A stretch of 64,000 nt of DNA from Octopus sinensis (GCF_006345805.1 NC_043002.1:91388001-91452000), one strand, 5' to 3'. Positions 26,621-39,735 are shown, counted from the first letter of the stretch. Translations and numbers: made by a program. The notes: generated from the sequence alone by a model not told the origin.

Positions 26621-27126
26621 CACATCCAACTTAAGTTGGATGTGTTATTTAGATCGCCTTAAACTACTGTTAACGTCCAGATACACCGTCTACACCATTT
26701 CATGTTAACGATACTGCTAATTAAGCAAAGACTATATCGGCTGACGAAATGATCGTCTGCTCCGATAAATAGCACTACCGTATCACGTGATTTCAATATT
26801 TGTTGCAGATCATCAGCGGTAACCAGTTTCGCACCGAAGGCCAGAACGAAAATCAACCAATCCGATATAGCTTATGCATGTATGATCAAACGGTTTGACT
26901 AATTTTCGTTCTGGCATTCGGTGCGAGCCTGGCTACCGCTGATGATCCGCAACTAACGGTGAAATCACGTGGTACGGCATTGCCATCCTCCGGAGCAGAC
27001 GATCAGTTCGTCAGCCGATATAGTCGGTGCCTAATTAATATGTATTGTCAACATGAAATGCTATCTCTGGACGTTAACATCAGTTTAAAGTGACGTAAAC
27101 AACACATCCAATTCAAGTTGGATAAG
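26621..27126. mobile_element. about 500-bp foldback/MITE-like element with long imperfect arms and palindromic ends
   Basis: 26621-26860 is the diverged reverse complement of about 26900-27126, e.g. GCACCGAAGGCCAGAACGAAAAT vs ATTTTCGTTCTGGCATTCGGTGC. Confidence 0.8.
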
Positions 27127-27360
27127 CTAATTATAATACGTTAGAATCCCTGCTACTGTCGCCAACGGCTAATTTATATTTATTCTTCATATAAGGGAGG
27201 AAACAGAATTTGGATAACATTAATTATAAAAATTACACGTTGAACTTTACATATTTTTATGTTCAACTTACAGAGCGTATTTGCAATGTGTGTGTTTGGC
27301 AGTCACTTTTTCTATCTGAAAATCTTAGCTTTTCGAAATTGCCACTTAATTCCTGGATAT

Positions 27361-27672
27361 GGAAGCACTCCGTCGGTTACGACGACGAGGGTTCCGGTTG
27401 ATCCGATCAGCGGAACAGCCTGCTCATGAAATTAACGTGTAAGTGGCTGAGCACTCCACAGACACGTCTACCCTTAACGCAGTTCTCGGGGATATTCAGC
27501 GTGACACAGAGAGTGACAAGGCCGGCCCTTTGAAATACAGGTACAACAGAAACAGGAAGTAAGAGTGAGAGAAAGTTGTGGTGAAAGAGTACAGCAGGGA
27601 TCACCACCATCCCTGCCAGAGCCTCGTGGAGCTTTAGGTGTTTTCGCTCAATAAACACTCACAACGCCCGGT
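27361..27672 (-). mobile_element. SINE family C, 5'-truncated
   Basis: Matches 63370-63672 but lacks the tRNA head. Confidence 0.9.
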
Positions 27673-28239
27673 ACTTAATTCCTAACATAACTAAGAACGC
27701 TGATAATTATCAATATGAATGTCAATTTATAATTTTGATAAAACCACTGCAGGTTCGAAGCCATCGTTCGCAAATACTCTCCTTAATGGTGATTTTAGAG
27801 AGCATACACACATCTTCAGGGCAGGTATGACTACACAATGTTTCTTTTCTTTCCAAAAACCTATATGAGGCCTGTTATGTTTGCAGCTGGCGGGAATTTT
27901 GATAGGAATGCTCCACCAATATTCTTTGTGGTAGAATATATGTGTTAAATAATAGTAATATTCTCTAAATTTGTTTTTTCAAGGATATTCTTTCCTACGG
28001 ATGACACTGTTTATTATTTTAACAACAATACGCCGCCATTGATGGTGGTAACTTAATGACATATCCAAGAAGCTGTTGACATATATAATATCTTCCACAA
28101 GAATCTGCCCCGATCGATATTTCCGTTCGTGACATTGGGCGGGGTGTGGGGCTTAAAGACTTCTTTTCTTCTTCTATTAAGTATTTTCTTAACTCCAGCA
28201 CTTTGACATCAACTGCATAACCTTCGAGATTTTATGTAA

Positions 28240-29045
28240 TATGAAGGCCACTAGTCCGAGAGTGGATACACTTCTTGAGTTCAACTTCCGCTGATGTTGA
28301 TTTCGCCTTTCATCCTTTCGCATTCGATAAAATAATTACCAGTTGTGTACTGATGTCGATGTAATCGACTTAACTCCTCCCCTGAAATTTTTGGCCTTGT
28401 ACAAAAATTTGAAATCAATATTATTTTTCTCTAGTTTATGGGAAACATGCATGCATAATATTGTTGTGGTGTTTTAGGTGGCGAGCTGGCAGAATTGCTA
28501 GCACGTCGGGCGAAATGCTTAACGGTATTTCGTCTGCCGTTACATTCTGAGTTCAAATTCCGTCGAGGACGACTTTGCCTTTCATCCTTTCGGGGTCGAT
28601 AAATTAAGTACCAGTTACGCACTGGGGTCGATGTAATCGATTTAATCCGTTTGTCTGTCTTTGTTTGTCCCTTCTGTGTTTAGCCCCTTGTGGGTAGTAA
28701 AGAAATACATTGAAGGCGGCGAGCTGGCAGAAACGTTAGCGCGCCGGGCGAAATGCGTAGCCGTATTTCATCTGCCGATACGTTCTGAGTTCAAATTTCG
28801 CCGAGGTCGAGTTTGCTTTTCATCCTTTCGGGGTCGATAAATTAAGTACCAGTTACGCACTGGGGTCGATGTAATCGACTTAATCCCTTTGTCTGTCCTT
28901 GTTTGTCCTCTCTGCGTTTAGCCCCTTGTGGGTAGTAAAGAAATAGGCATTTCTTCTGCCGGTTGATGTATTCAATTTAATCCCTCTGTCTGTCCCTGTT
29001 TGTCCTCTCTATGTTTTGCCACTTTAGGGCAATAAAGAAATAAAT
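28240..29045 (+). mobile_element. head-to-tail cluster of SINE family B copies (one decayed, two full, one partial)
   Basis: Full copies at 28477-28707 and 28715-28945; decayed copy at 28240-28420; partial tail at 28960-29043. Confidence 0.88.
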
Positions 29046-29149
29046 ATTTTTGCGGCGTTCAAAGTACCTCTCTAGCTGATTTTATTGAGGTATGTTAGTT
29101 CTGCAAATTTTTGTTCGCATGTAAAGTCCTCTGTAGGAGAGTATTTGTT

Positions 29150-29770
29150 GACTATCTAACCATAGGGTGGTCTTCTCTTCATTTTTGACAATTTCTTTGA
29201 TTTATTTATTTTCAAGCAGTTTCTGTCTGAGTAATATCATATGAAAAAGGCTGTCTGCGTTGCTCTTTAAACTCTTTTCTTCTCTATTTTTTTTTTCTGA
29301 AATGAAGCTTGTCAATATCACTATCAGTTTGGAAGTTTGCAGTTAAAGCCAGGATCTTACGGCTGATATAAGTTCTGATACCGACAATGCATCGTGAGGA
29401 TGGATCATCATTCCAGAGCCTATAGACAATTTCTAGAATCCCTTACCGGGCAATGATACCGAGGCGTATCGCCGATTCAAGATAAACTCTGTAGGAACGT
29501 TTGTGCCGGCGACCAGGCATTCAGGAGATATGTGCAGAGGGAAGAAACCGTTTTGTACGCTCTTCTCGAGTACCTGAGTATAGTAGCTATGTCGAACAAC
29601 TGATATCATTGTAGGACGGACTCACGTATCAGCTGAGGCTGTTGTGAAGATCACTCTGCTGAGTTCATAGTAACGGTTCATCCCATTACTATGATTTGGA
29701 AGGAGACGTGTGTTCCACTTGGCCATGTCACCTTGTAAGAATTTGGAGACAAGGCCATGCTACCGTTGTT
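29150..29770 (-). mobile_element. degraded CR1/L2-like LINE C-terminal fragment
   Basis: Minus-strand pieces YKTV, AWSP, LESAIRL and RKIL resemble the CR1 motifs LYK.LVRP.LEY..WSP..LE.VQRRA and YKIL; heavily frameshifted. Confidence 0.4.
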
Positions 29771-29777
29771 GTTGTTG

Positions 29778-29823
<46 letters not shown>

Positions 29824-29852
29824 TATTATTATCATTATTATTATTGTATTAT

Positions 29853-32261
29853 TCAGTAGTTTTATTTTTATAGCGTGCTTTCACTTCACTACCGAGCACA
29901 GCTCTGTGTGCCTGGGTATGTGCTGTGATTGTTTGTGATGCTCTGATGGTTATTGTATGGAAAGTGTTCTGCGTAGGATTGTGCAGTGCCTAGTAGTGCA
30001 ATTTTCTGTATGTTATATGTGTTTGTAAGTCCTGGTGTTTTTGTTATGTATTTATCTGAATATTTTTTATCATGCCTAATGCACCTACTATGATAGGAAT
30101 TGTTTCTGTTTTTAGATTACACATTCTGGTTACCTCTATTTCCAGGTCTTTGTATTTTGAGAGTTTCTCCATTTCTTTTAGAGACACGTTGTCATCAGCC
30201 GGTATTGATACATCAATTAGAAAGCATTTTTTTTCTTCATGATCTCTGACAACTATATCTGGTCTGTTGGCCTTAATTTCTCTATCTGTGTGTATCGGCA
30301 TATCCCAGAGTATGGTTGCTTTCTCGTTTTCTGTGACCTTTTCTGGGTGTGCCTATACCATCTTTTTTCTGTTGTTATTCCATAATGTTGGCATAGCTTC
30401 CAATGTATGTAGGTTCCAACTCTGTCATGTCTGTGAATATATTCCTTCTTAGCCAAGACTGGGCAGCTAGAGATAATATGATTTATTGTTTCTTGTCCAT
30501 CTCCACATATTCTGCAGTTACTTGTAATATTTCTTTTCATTACATGCTTTTGGTAATTTCTGGTGGGGAGGCTTTGGTCTTGTGCTGCAATTAAAAATCC
30601 CCCTGTTTCTGCTTTGAGTCCTGAGCTTCTCAACCATTGCTGGGATTTTTCTTTGTCTATTTCTTTTGCGTTTAGTTTAGTCCAGTATTTACCATGAAGG
30701 GGCTTTTCTTGCCATCGTTTTATCATGGTTCGTTGCTGTTCTATTTTAGTTTGGATTTCATTTTGTTTATAGCTTTTGTTGTTTCTTCATCTTCTTCTTC
30801 TTCATGTTTATTAGGTGGTATGATTTCTTGTTTGTATTTGTCAGCTTCCTTAAATATACTGAGAACAGTTTTTTGTTTTGCTCGTGTTTTGCCGCTATCT
30901 GGATCAGTTTCCTTCCTTCTGAAGTAGATATTTTTGCAGTCCTATGGTGGTTATTTTATAGTAGTTTTCCAGCTGTATAAGGCCTCTACCACCTTCTATA
31001 CGTTGTATATATAGTCTTCTATGTCAGATTTTGGGTGATGCATCCTAGATCCTGTCATTATTTTTCTTGTTTTCCTATCTATTTTGGTCAGTTCATTTCG
31101 TGTCCAGTTAAGGATATTGTAGCTGTAACTTATAACTGGGACAGCCAAAGTGTTGATACCTATTATCTGTTTTTAGCATTGAGCTCTGTGTTTAGTATTG
31201 ATCTAACTCGTCTATAATATTCTTTTTTATTTTCTCTTTCATTTGTGTGTGTTGTGTCTTATCTAGTTCATGGATTCCTAAGTATTTGTAAGTTTTGCTT
31301 TGGTCTAATTCTTTTATTTCATTGGTTTTATCTAGTGTGATGTTGTTACTCTTAACTAGTTTTCCTCTTTTCAGGGTTACTTTGGCGCATTTTTCTAATC
31401 CAAATTTCATATCTATTTCTTTGGTAAATCCATGAACTGTCTTTAATAGTGTTTCCAGCTGTTTGTCATTTGCAGCGTATAGTTTTAGGTCATCCATATA
31501 TAAAAGGTGGCTGATCGTTTTGCCGTAACATTTATATCCGCATCCAGTTCTATTTAGCATATCAGATAGAGGTGACAGTGCCAAGCAGAAAAGGAGTGGA
31601 GAGAGCGTGTCTCCCTGGAATATTCCTCTTCTAATGGGGATGTCTTTGGTTTTCATGAGTCCCTCTTTTGTTTGGAGGTGTAGGACTGTTTGCCATTTAT
31701 TCATAGAGTGCTCTATGAATTTTATGATTGTTGGTGCTACTTTGTTAATGGCTAGTGTTTCGAGGATCCATGTGTGGGGGATGCTATCAAACGCCTTTTT
31801 GTAGTCAATCCAGGCCATACTGAGGCCTTTCTTCTTTCTGTGGCTGTCTTCAGTTATGGCTTATTAATCATTAGTTGATCTTTACAGCCATATGAGCCTT
31901 TGCGGCATCCTTTCTGCTCTTCTGGGAACAGTTGTTTTCGTCCAGGTGCTTGTTCAGCCTTTGTGATATCACTGCAGTAAATGCTTGAACATAGTAGGGA
32001 GGCAGGTTATTGGTCTGTAGTTTTTGGTTTTTCTGTTTCATTTGATTTGGGAATTAAGATGGTTTTCCCCTTCGTGAGCCATTCAGGCATTGTCTCTGGC
32101 TCTGCTAGTACTTTGTTAAAGTTTTCAGCCAGCTTTTTGTGCATTCCTGTTAGATATTTCAACCAGAAGTTGGGAATCTTGTCATGCCCAGGTGCCTTCC
32201 AGTTGCTTAGTCTTTGCAGTGCCTGGGTGACCTCTTCAGTTGTTATGGGGGTCCAAAGTTG

Positions 32262-32262
<1 letters not shown>
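29853..32262 (-). mobile_element. R4/Dong-like non-LTR retrotransposon (RT + zinc finger + RLE), 5'-truncated, frameshifted
   Basis: WKAPGHDKIPNFWLK, NYRPITCL, WIDYKKAFDSIPH, GIFQGDTLSPLLF, LLYMDDLKLYA, FGLEKCA, GGRGL, WQEKPLHG, CRICG..ETINHIISSC, NRPDIVV, LIDVSIP, EKLSKYKDL, IIVGALG; stop at 29950; (TAA)n at both ends. Confidence 0.93.
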
Positions 32263-32324
<62 letters not shown>

Positions 32325-32334
32325 CATTTTTATT

Positions 32335-33085
32335 ATCCTGACTTCTCTTGAGTTATCTATGTCACTTCTCATCTCCATCCCGCCGCTTAGAGATGCAACT
32401 TTTCTCAACACATGAGATGTTGCAAGCATTGTTGCCAACTAGTACTTCCGAAGGAGTCTGGTATTTACTGGTTTTCAAGCCAGAATATTGCTTTCTTTGA
32501 GAATGTCACTAATGAGCCGATCCCAGTAAGTACCACACTCACCTTTGAGGCACACGAACGCATTTCACTTCCAGAGCAAAGTCTTTGTTCGACCTCTTTC
32601 TTTCTCGACCTCTATCCACACAATATTGTGATCTGTAGGAATAGCTTCATCAATCAATGTTCCTGGTTTGGATTCCTAGTTCGGTAATATTGCAGCTTTT
32701 TATCTGTGTAGATTGGCATGTCACGTTTGAATTCCAATTAATCACCTTCTACTACTGGCAAAAGTTGGTACTCATACCTATTTCTTTATTACCCACAAGG
32801 GGCTAAACACAGAGGGGACAAACAAGGACAGACATAGGTATTAAGTCGATTACATCGACCCCAGTGCATAACTGGTACTTAATTTATCGACCCCGAAAGG
32901 ATGAAAGGTAAAGTCGACCTCGGCGGAATTTGAACTCACAACGTAACGGCAGACGAAATACCGCTAAGCATTTCGCCCGACGTGCTAGCGTTTCTGCCAA
33001 CTCGCAAAAGTTGGTACTCATACCATTTGTTGGAACATTCTAACCCATACTTGCTGCACAACACCAAGTGTATTCACATGTGGTT
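32335..33085 (-). mobile_element. older R4/Dong-like LINE 3' fragment (RLE region), interrupted by a SINE B copy
   Basis: CSKYGLECSNKWYEYQLLPVVEG, DMPIYTDK and IDEAIPTDHNIV; its 3'UTR runs into the (TAA)n at 32265-32330. Confidence 0.75.
32779..33003 (-). mobile_element. SINE family B with about 21-bp TSD
   Basis: GCAAAAGTTGGTACTCATACC at 32758-32778 and 33004-33024. Confidence 0.92.
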
Positions 33086-34125
33086 GTTGTTGATGTTAAG
33101 TCGGCTATCTGGTAGAATCGTTAGCACGCCGAGCCAAATGCTTCGCGGCATTTCGTTCGTCTTTACGCTCTAAGTTCAAATGTCCTCGGGGTCGATTTGG
33201 CATTTCATTCTTTCAGGATGTAGAAAGAATTATTTCTATTCATATCATATTTGCTAAACCTTCTGCGCAACAGTTGGAGAACGTGCTTGTCTAATGCGGT
33301 ATGTTAGATACCTTACGACAAACAAACAGGTGCCAAAGGTCGCTAATTCCTCCATGTAAACAAAAAATTCTTTCTCATATGAAGATGCAGCTTTAGGTCG
33401 CGGCTCCAGGATTTATCCTAATTAACTACAACTTCAGAATATCACATTATTTTCACTTCTATAATTTCCATCTTCGTTTATAATTTTATCAACAACCTAC
33501 TTTTTTTCCCAAGTCTTGAAATTTGTTTCTTTTTCTTTAACATGTGAACAATAATTCTTCGATCATTATCCAAATTACGAAAGCAAACTGATTTTTTTTC
33601 TGGTTCCTATATGCTTTGAAGTGAAAAGGAAAAATCAGTTGAACAATCTGCTCTACGCTCATTTATCAGATTAAGGGATATTCGTATTCTATGGTTAATT
33701 ATAATATTCCTATGATACGCAACATAAATTCTGGTTAAATTCCTTAGATTATAGGGTAGATGTGTGTATGTATGTTTGCAATATTCTCTCTTTTGTTTTA
33801 ATATATTTGTACGTGTATTACCAATTCTGTCGTTCTCGCAACGTAATTAAAACCGAGGGACACTTAGTGATAATGATGTTAGATAAAGGTTGTTTGGTGC
33901 TGTGAGTCATGTATCGTCTGACGGAACGACTAATGATTCATGTTTCAACCAAATATATTTACATATACAGACAATCACACATATACACCTATACACGCAT
34001 ATATATTATATACATATTATATATAATTTATATATATTATATATTTGTGCATACGTATGTGTGCGTATATTTATATAGATATACGTACGTATATCTATAT
34101 AAACACACAAACATATACATGCGTA

Positions 34126-34164
<39 letters not shown>

Positions 34165-34932
34165 TATATATATTATATATATATATATATATATATGTGT
34201 GTGGTGTGTGTGTGTGTGTGTGTGTGTGTATGTCTGCACCTGTATGTGTTACGACGGTACGTGTGTGTATAGGTGAATGGGTATGTATGTATGTGTGTGA
34301 ACTTGGGTGTAGTTATATCTGTGAATATTTTCCCATGTGCAACAATTTAGTAGTAATTTTCAGTTGCTTTTGTGTGACAGGTAGGCTGATGTCTCTGTAG
34401 TGCACTCTTTTGCTTTCTTTCTTTTCTTTTTTCATTATCACACACGCTGAGAGGCAAAAGATAAATGAAATAAATATCGCTGATTATCAGGATTTTGCTT
34501 TTTTCAGGAAAAAAATGTCTGTTCTTCGTGATACGTTAAATAACACGGAGTTTACTGTCAACTGTATATTTTATTCGTTGTTTTAGCTTCCCAATTGACA
34601 ATGCAGCCTGGTGCACTGTTTCATGCAGCTGTTGACAACATCTCTAAACAAGAAGATAGGTTTGTACACAGTCATTTTACCAGAAGAGCAGTGAATATAT
34701 AACTACAATATTTTGATTTTTTTTTCTAACTTTGGTGCTGTCCAGAAATACCATGTGTTATGAATTAAGGCTTATTTTGTTATACACCATAGCATCAACA
34801 ATGTACATTGAAGCCCGTCACTAATTTTTTGATCGAGGTAGCTGCCAACAATGTGTCTTTTATGCAAATTAGTATATTCGATTTAATAAAGTTTGCGGTA
34901 ATAGAAGCTACAAAAATAATATCGTCGTTGAT

Positions 34933-35353
34933 AGGCGCAGGAGTGGCTGTGTGGTAAGTAGCTTGCTTACCAGCCACACAGTTCCGGGTTCAGTCCCACT
35001 GCGTGGCACCTTCGGCAAGTGTCTTCTACTATAGCCTCGGGCCGACCAAAGCCTTGTGAGTGGATTTGGTAGACGGAAACTGAAAGAAACCCGTCGTATA
35101 TATATATATATGTATATATATGTGTGTGTGTGTGTGTTTGTGTGTCTGCGTTTGTCTCCCCAACATCGCTTGACAACCGATGCTGGTGTGTTTACGTCCC
35201 CGTTACTTAGCGGTTCGGCAAAAGAGACCGACAGGATAAGTACTAGGCTTACAAAGAATAAGTCCTGGGGTCGATTTGCTCGACTAAAAAGGCGGTGCTC
35301 CAGCATGGCCGCAGTCAAATGACTGAAACAAGTAAAAGAGAAAGAGAAAGAGA
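34933..35353 (+). mobile_element. SINE family A, full length
   Basis: Same structure as 19431-19872. Confidence 0.9.
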
Positions 35354-36685
35354 GTCAAAAAACCTTTCCTAGATTTTAGGTGAAATTTCCAGTAAAGTTT
35401 GAAATCAAGACAGCTGATCAGTCTTTCTGTGACCATTGCTTAAGAAAACAGTATTTTATGAATAACCAGTGTATTTAATTAATATTAATTTACATCTAAA
35501 GTTTACATCTAATGGCTTAGTCTGCAGCAAATTATTACACCATGCCATACTCTGTCATTTGATTTGATACATGGAATACTCTGAATGGTTTAATGAAGTA
35601 ATCTACCACACAAATACATAAATTATTGTCAAAAAATATACATGTACAACACCGAATTTCCAGATACTGACAGTACGTAGTCTCTTATCTGCATTAATAT
35701 ACAAGTAGGAACTGCAAATTCTCACGGCTGTCAGATTAGTTTACCGTTATCTTGCACAGACTAGTATCTTGTATTGTATATTGTATTGTATCTTGTATTG
35801 TATAGTATTAATAAACTTGAATAATACTAGTGCATTGGTGCAAATATTGCATTTAATATGTGTTTAACTTACCGTATGGCTTTGGCCACTCCTGTATTTG
35901 GAAAAATCTGTAAACCAGAAAGGCTTTGGAACTAAATATTCCGGAAAATCAATGTTGTGCCTGCACTGAATATCAGCAATGAATAATAGAGGACTATCTT
36001 TTGTAGACAGATTACATGGAACTTTAAATAAGCGATAAAAATGTTGAAATAATTTGGTTGCGTAGGAAAACTGCGAAAGCACGAATTGATATGATACCTA
36101 AATCAATATAAGAAAGCTTGCTTAAACCAACCGATATGACACATAAGAATATATAAATCGAACTAATAATATTGAATGCTATCACCGTGGAACTACTTGG
36201 AAGATTATTTTGAAGATATTTATTCATCATGATGCTAACTTCAAAAAAATATTCAGATTTCATATCTTTAATTATTTCCGTTAATTTGAAAAATCATTAG
36301 CCGCCTCCAAAATCCAATGGAAATACATTGTCAAAAAAAGAGAAACCTCTTAACTTTGTTAGAAATGTAAATGACGTTATAAGGTAACAAACAAAGGAAA
36401 AATTCCTTCAAATGGGTGTGTAAAACATCCAATTCACTGGCTCGTAGGTTGAATCCAACATAAATACAGGTATAATGCAAATTACAAACAATGAATTAAA
36501 GAGAGAGATACAAATGACAATCCAATAATTTATTTATAGTATATCATAATATTCTATGAATATAATATATTTATTCAAAGTTATTGATATAAAAAAAGTT
36601 GTTTAAAGTAACTAATAATTAAGTGATGTTAATAATAATAATAATTATAATAATAATAATAATAATAATGATAATAATAATAATA

Positions 36686-36717
<32 letters not shown>

Positions 36718-36761
36718 AAATAGTCTTATTTAACTTTCTAACTAAATTTAATGACTTGTGA

Positions 36762-37177
36762 CCCCCTTCGGTCATGAATGGCCATGGGATTGCACCTAGA
36801 AAGTTACTCTCCGAGGCACAAGTCTGTTTATGGAAGACCATCAGTCGCCCACGCATACCAGCCTCCCCTCTCCACGCCACCGATGTTATCCAAGGAAAAT
36901 GCAAAGGCCGATACAGCTTGGCACCAGTGACGTCGCAGCTCATTTATTAACGTGCAAGTGGCTGAGCAATCCACAGACACGTGTACCCTTAACGTAGTTC
37001 TCGGGGAGATCCAACGTGACAAGGCTGGCCCTTTGAAATACAGGTACAACCGAAACAGGAAGAACGAGTGAGAGAAAGTTGTGGTGAAAGAGTACAGCAG
37101 GGTTCACCACCAACCCCTGCCGGAGCCTCGTGGACTCAATAAACACTGCCCTAACCACTGGGCCATTGCGGCTCCAC
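36762..37177 (-). mobile_element. SINE family C copy (with deletions) abutting the 3' half of a family D copy
   Basis: 36762-36942 matches family D; 36943-37177 matches family C including its head (revcomp GTGGAGCCGCAATGGCCCAGTGGTTAGGG). Confidence 0.8.
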
Positions 37178-38225
37178 TAATTTAACGACTACAATAATAA
37201 TTATTATAAAAGTGTATAGTTTATAACTTGTTTTCTAATTACAACAATATTATTTTGTTACTTATTAAAAAATTACTAAAATTTGGATTTATACTTTATA
37301 TAGGCCTTTGATTAAAAAATAATATTAATTCTATTTATCGAGGACCAATACTCAGTCCTTGTTTTGTTTATATTACTTAATTTCTAGTTACTGAGTTTTA
37401 CATTCACGAATATACGAATAATAATCTATATTTAAGTAACTTCAAATTTCGTTACTTCTTAAAAACTAGTAATATTTTGATATCCATTATCATAGCCTAA
37501 ATCCATATCTATGGGGTAGTTTTGTAATAGTGTTCGTAGCTTTAAACTATCTTAATAGTTATTACGGAATTCTCCCTACGATAAATTAAGTAAACGAAGA
37601 CATATTTTGCTAAGTTTCTATTCATATTTATAACGGAATTCTCCCGCCGATAAACAATAAATACAGAACACTTTTTATTAGTTACTTTAAACAACTTTTA
37701 TGTATCAATAACTTTAAATGAACAGATGAGTTATTATATATTAAAATGTAATTATTATATCATCTTACACACTTTATTACAGTTTCTAGATTAAGTAAGA
37801 CCCTGATATTTAATAATTATACATACATATTATTGTCGTATGTTATTATAATAGCGAAAGATTATCTTAGACATGAACGAGTTTGGATTGACATTATTTG
37901 AAATATATAGAAATATATTTCGACAGTTGTAGATTCACTTAATTATTTTGTTCGTTATAATTATGTTGTTTTTTCATTTTTAATGTAATTGGTATGTAGC
38001 TGAATGGCTAACGCTCGCGCTTATAGTACATAAGCATTTATATTACTCTTTTTACAATCCACCAATTCTTTCACATGGAATTTTGTCTATCTATACACTA
38101 ATTGCCCTGATGAGGCTATATATAAAGGAATTGAATTGTTTTTATATAAAAAAATATACATATAAGTCGAAATAGTTGGCTTTATTTTGTCTTTTGAATA
38201 ATTGTTTACGTTATATTATATTATA

Positions 38226-38985
38226 CTAACAGTATAACCCGGCCTTGCCTGGGATTAAGTTACGATTATTAAGCTAATCAAGTTCTTTATTTCAAACCAA
38301 ACTAAGTAATATCGACTCTCAACAAAACACTTTTTTACTCGGCGTAAAATAAAAACAAAACTCTTTCACACCCAAAATAATGTGTGTGTGAAAGAGAGAA
38401 GGGGGAGAAAGATGAACGATTTAGAATAAATATATTGTAATTGTTGTGTGAGAAAGTATATATACTATGATTATAAAATATAGTGTTTATCTCGTGTTTA
38501 AGAAAAATCAAAACATTTTACATTTTATTTTTTATGAACGTCGTCACTTACTCTCTCACTTTGATTTCCTGTGAAACTCTCTGCCTCCTTCCACTTTTCT
38601 TTATCTTATTTTTTTTGTTAGACGCCGTTTCAAAAAGCTATGACTGATAATTTTTATGGCTAAAAGCTATGGCTGAAAATAGAAATTTATGAACGTCGTC
38701 GCTTACTATCTTTCTCTCTCCCTCTCTCACTTTGTCTTTTCCGTGAAACTCTCTGCCCATCTTCCACTTTTCTTTATCTTATTTTTTTTTGTTAGACGCC
38801 GCCAAAAAACTATAGCTGAAAATTTTTATGGCTAAAAGCTATGGCTGAAAATAGAATTTTACCGCTATATGCGGGTGCCTCGGGAAAAAATAAGTTGACA
38901 AAACCCAGATAGGATGTTAACGAATGTCCTCCTAAAATTTGAGCGACATGCGTGCTAATTTGTGGACGTGCATAAATTACAATCA

Positions 38986-39023
<38 letters not shown>

Positions 39024-39044
39024 TCATGCCTTTTATAGATATGA
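38226..39044 (-). mobile_element. non-autonomous Helitron-type element (819 bp) with internal tandem duplication and (CA)n
   Basis: 5' TCATATCTATAAAAGG; 3' hairpin CCCAGGCAAGGCCGGG, TTATACTG, then TTAG (CTAG variant); inserted between A and T; about 155-165-bp unit duplicated at 38530-38850. Confidence 0.75.
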
Positions 39045-39267
39045 TTCATGGTATGTTATGTTATATTATATTATAATATAAATAAAATATTGGATTGTCA
39101 TTTGTATCTCACTATCTAATTGATTGTTTTTCAATGGAATTACATATTTCAAGAATGGAGCCTAGAAAATCGGATTCAAATATTGCAAAAATAAAAAAAA
39201 ATATTGCATATTTGTCAGTGTCATGAAACCATCAAGCAATCTATTTTTAAATCTTACATGTTCTTTT

Positions 39268-39735
39268 AGCTTTTACTTGTTTTCAGACGCTGGTCTATGG
39301 CCAAGCTGCAGCTCCACCTTGAAGGGTTTAGTCGAGCAAATCAATCCTGTTACTAATTTTGTAATATACCAATTGCTTATTCTATCAGCTACTATCATTG
39401 AACCGCTAGTTTGCGAGAACGTAAACGAACCAGCATCGTTTGTCAAGTAGTAGGGAGCATGCACGAACTCAAAGACACACAAAGACACGCACTCGCACAC
39501 TCAAGCGTGCGTGCGTGTATGTGTGTGCGTGTGTGTTTGTGTGTGCTCGCGTCTGTGTGCGTGTACGTGTGTGTGTGTGTTGTGTTTGTCTGTATGTTTG
39601 TGTTTGTGTGTGTACAACAAGCTCCCACCGTTTCTATCGACTAAATTCAGTCACAAAGACACTTACGCAAGGTGCTGTGCAGTAGAGCTCAGCCCCAAAT
39701 AACATGGTTGCAAAGCGTGCTCGTTAACTACGCAA
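39268..39735 (-). mobile_element. SINE family A, old and degraded
   Basis: Diverged match to the family A tail and body. Confidence 0.65.

Noticed and set aside
28477-28945. Tandem ~235-bp direct repeats and other regular repeats considered as a CRISPR-like array
   Set aside because: They are SINE copies or microsatellites; there is no repeat-spacer structure or cas gene, and the context is eukaryotic.
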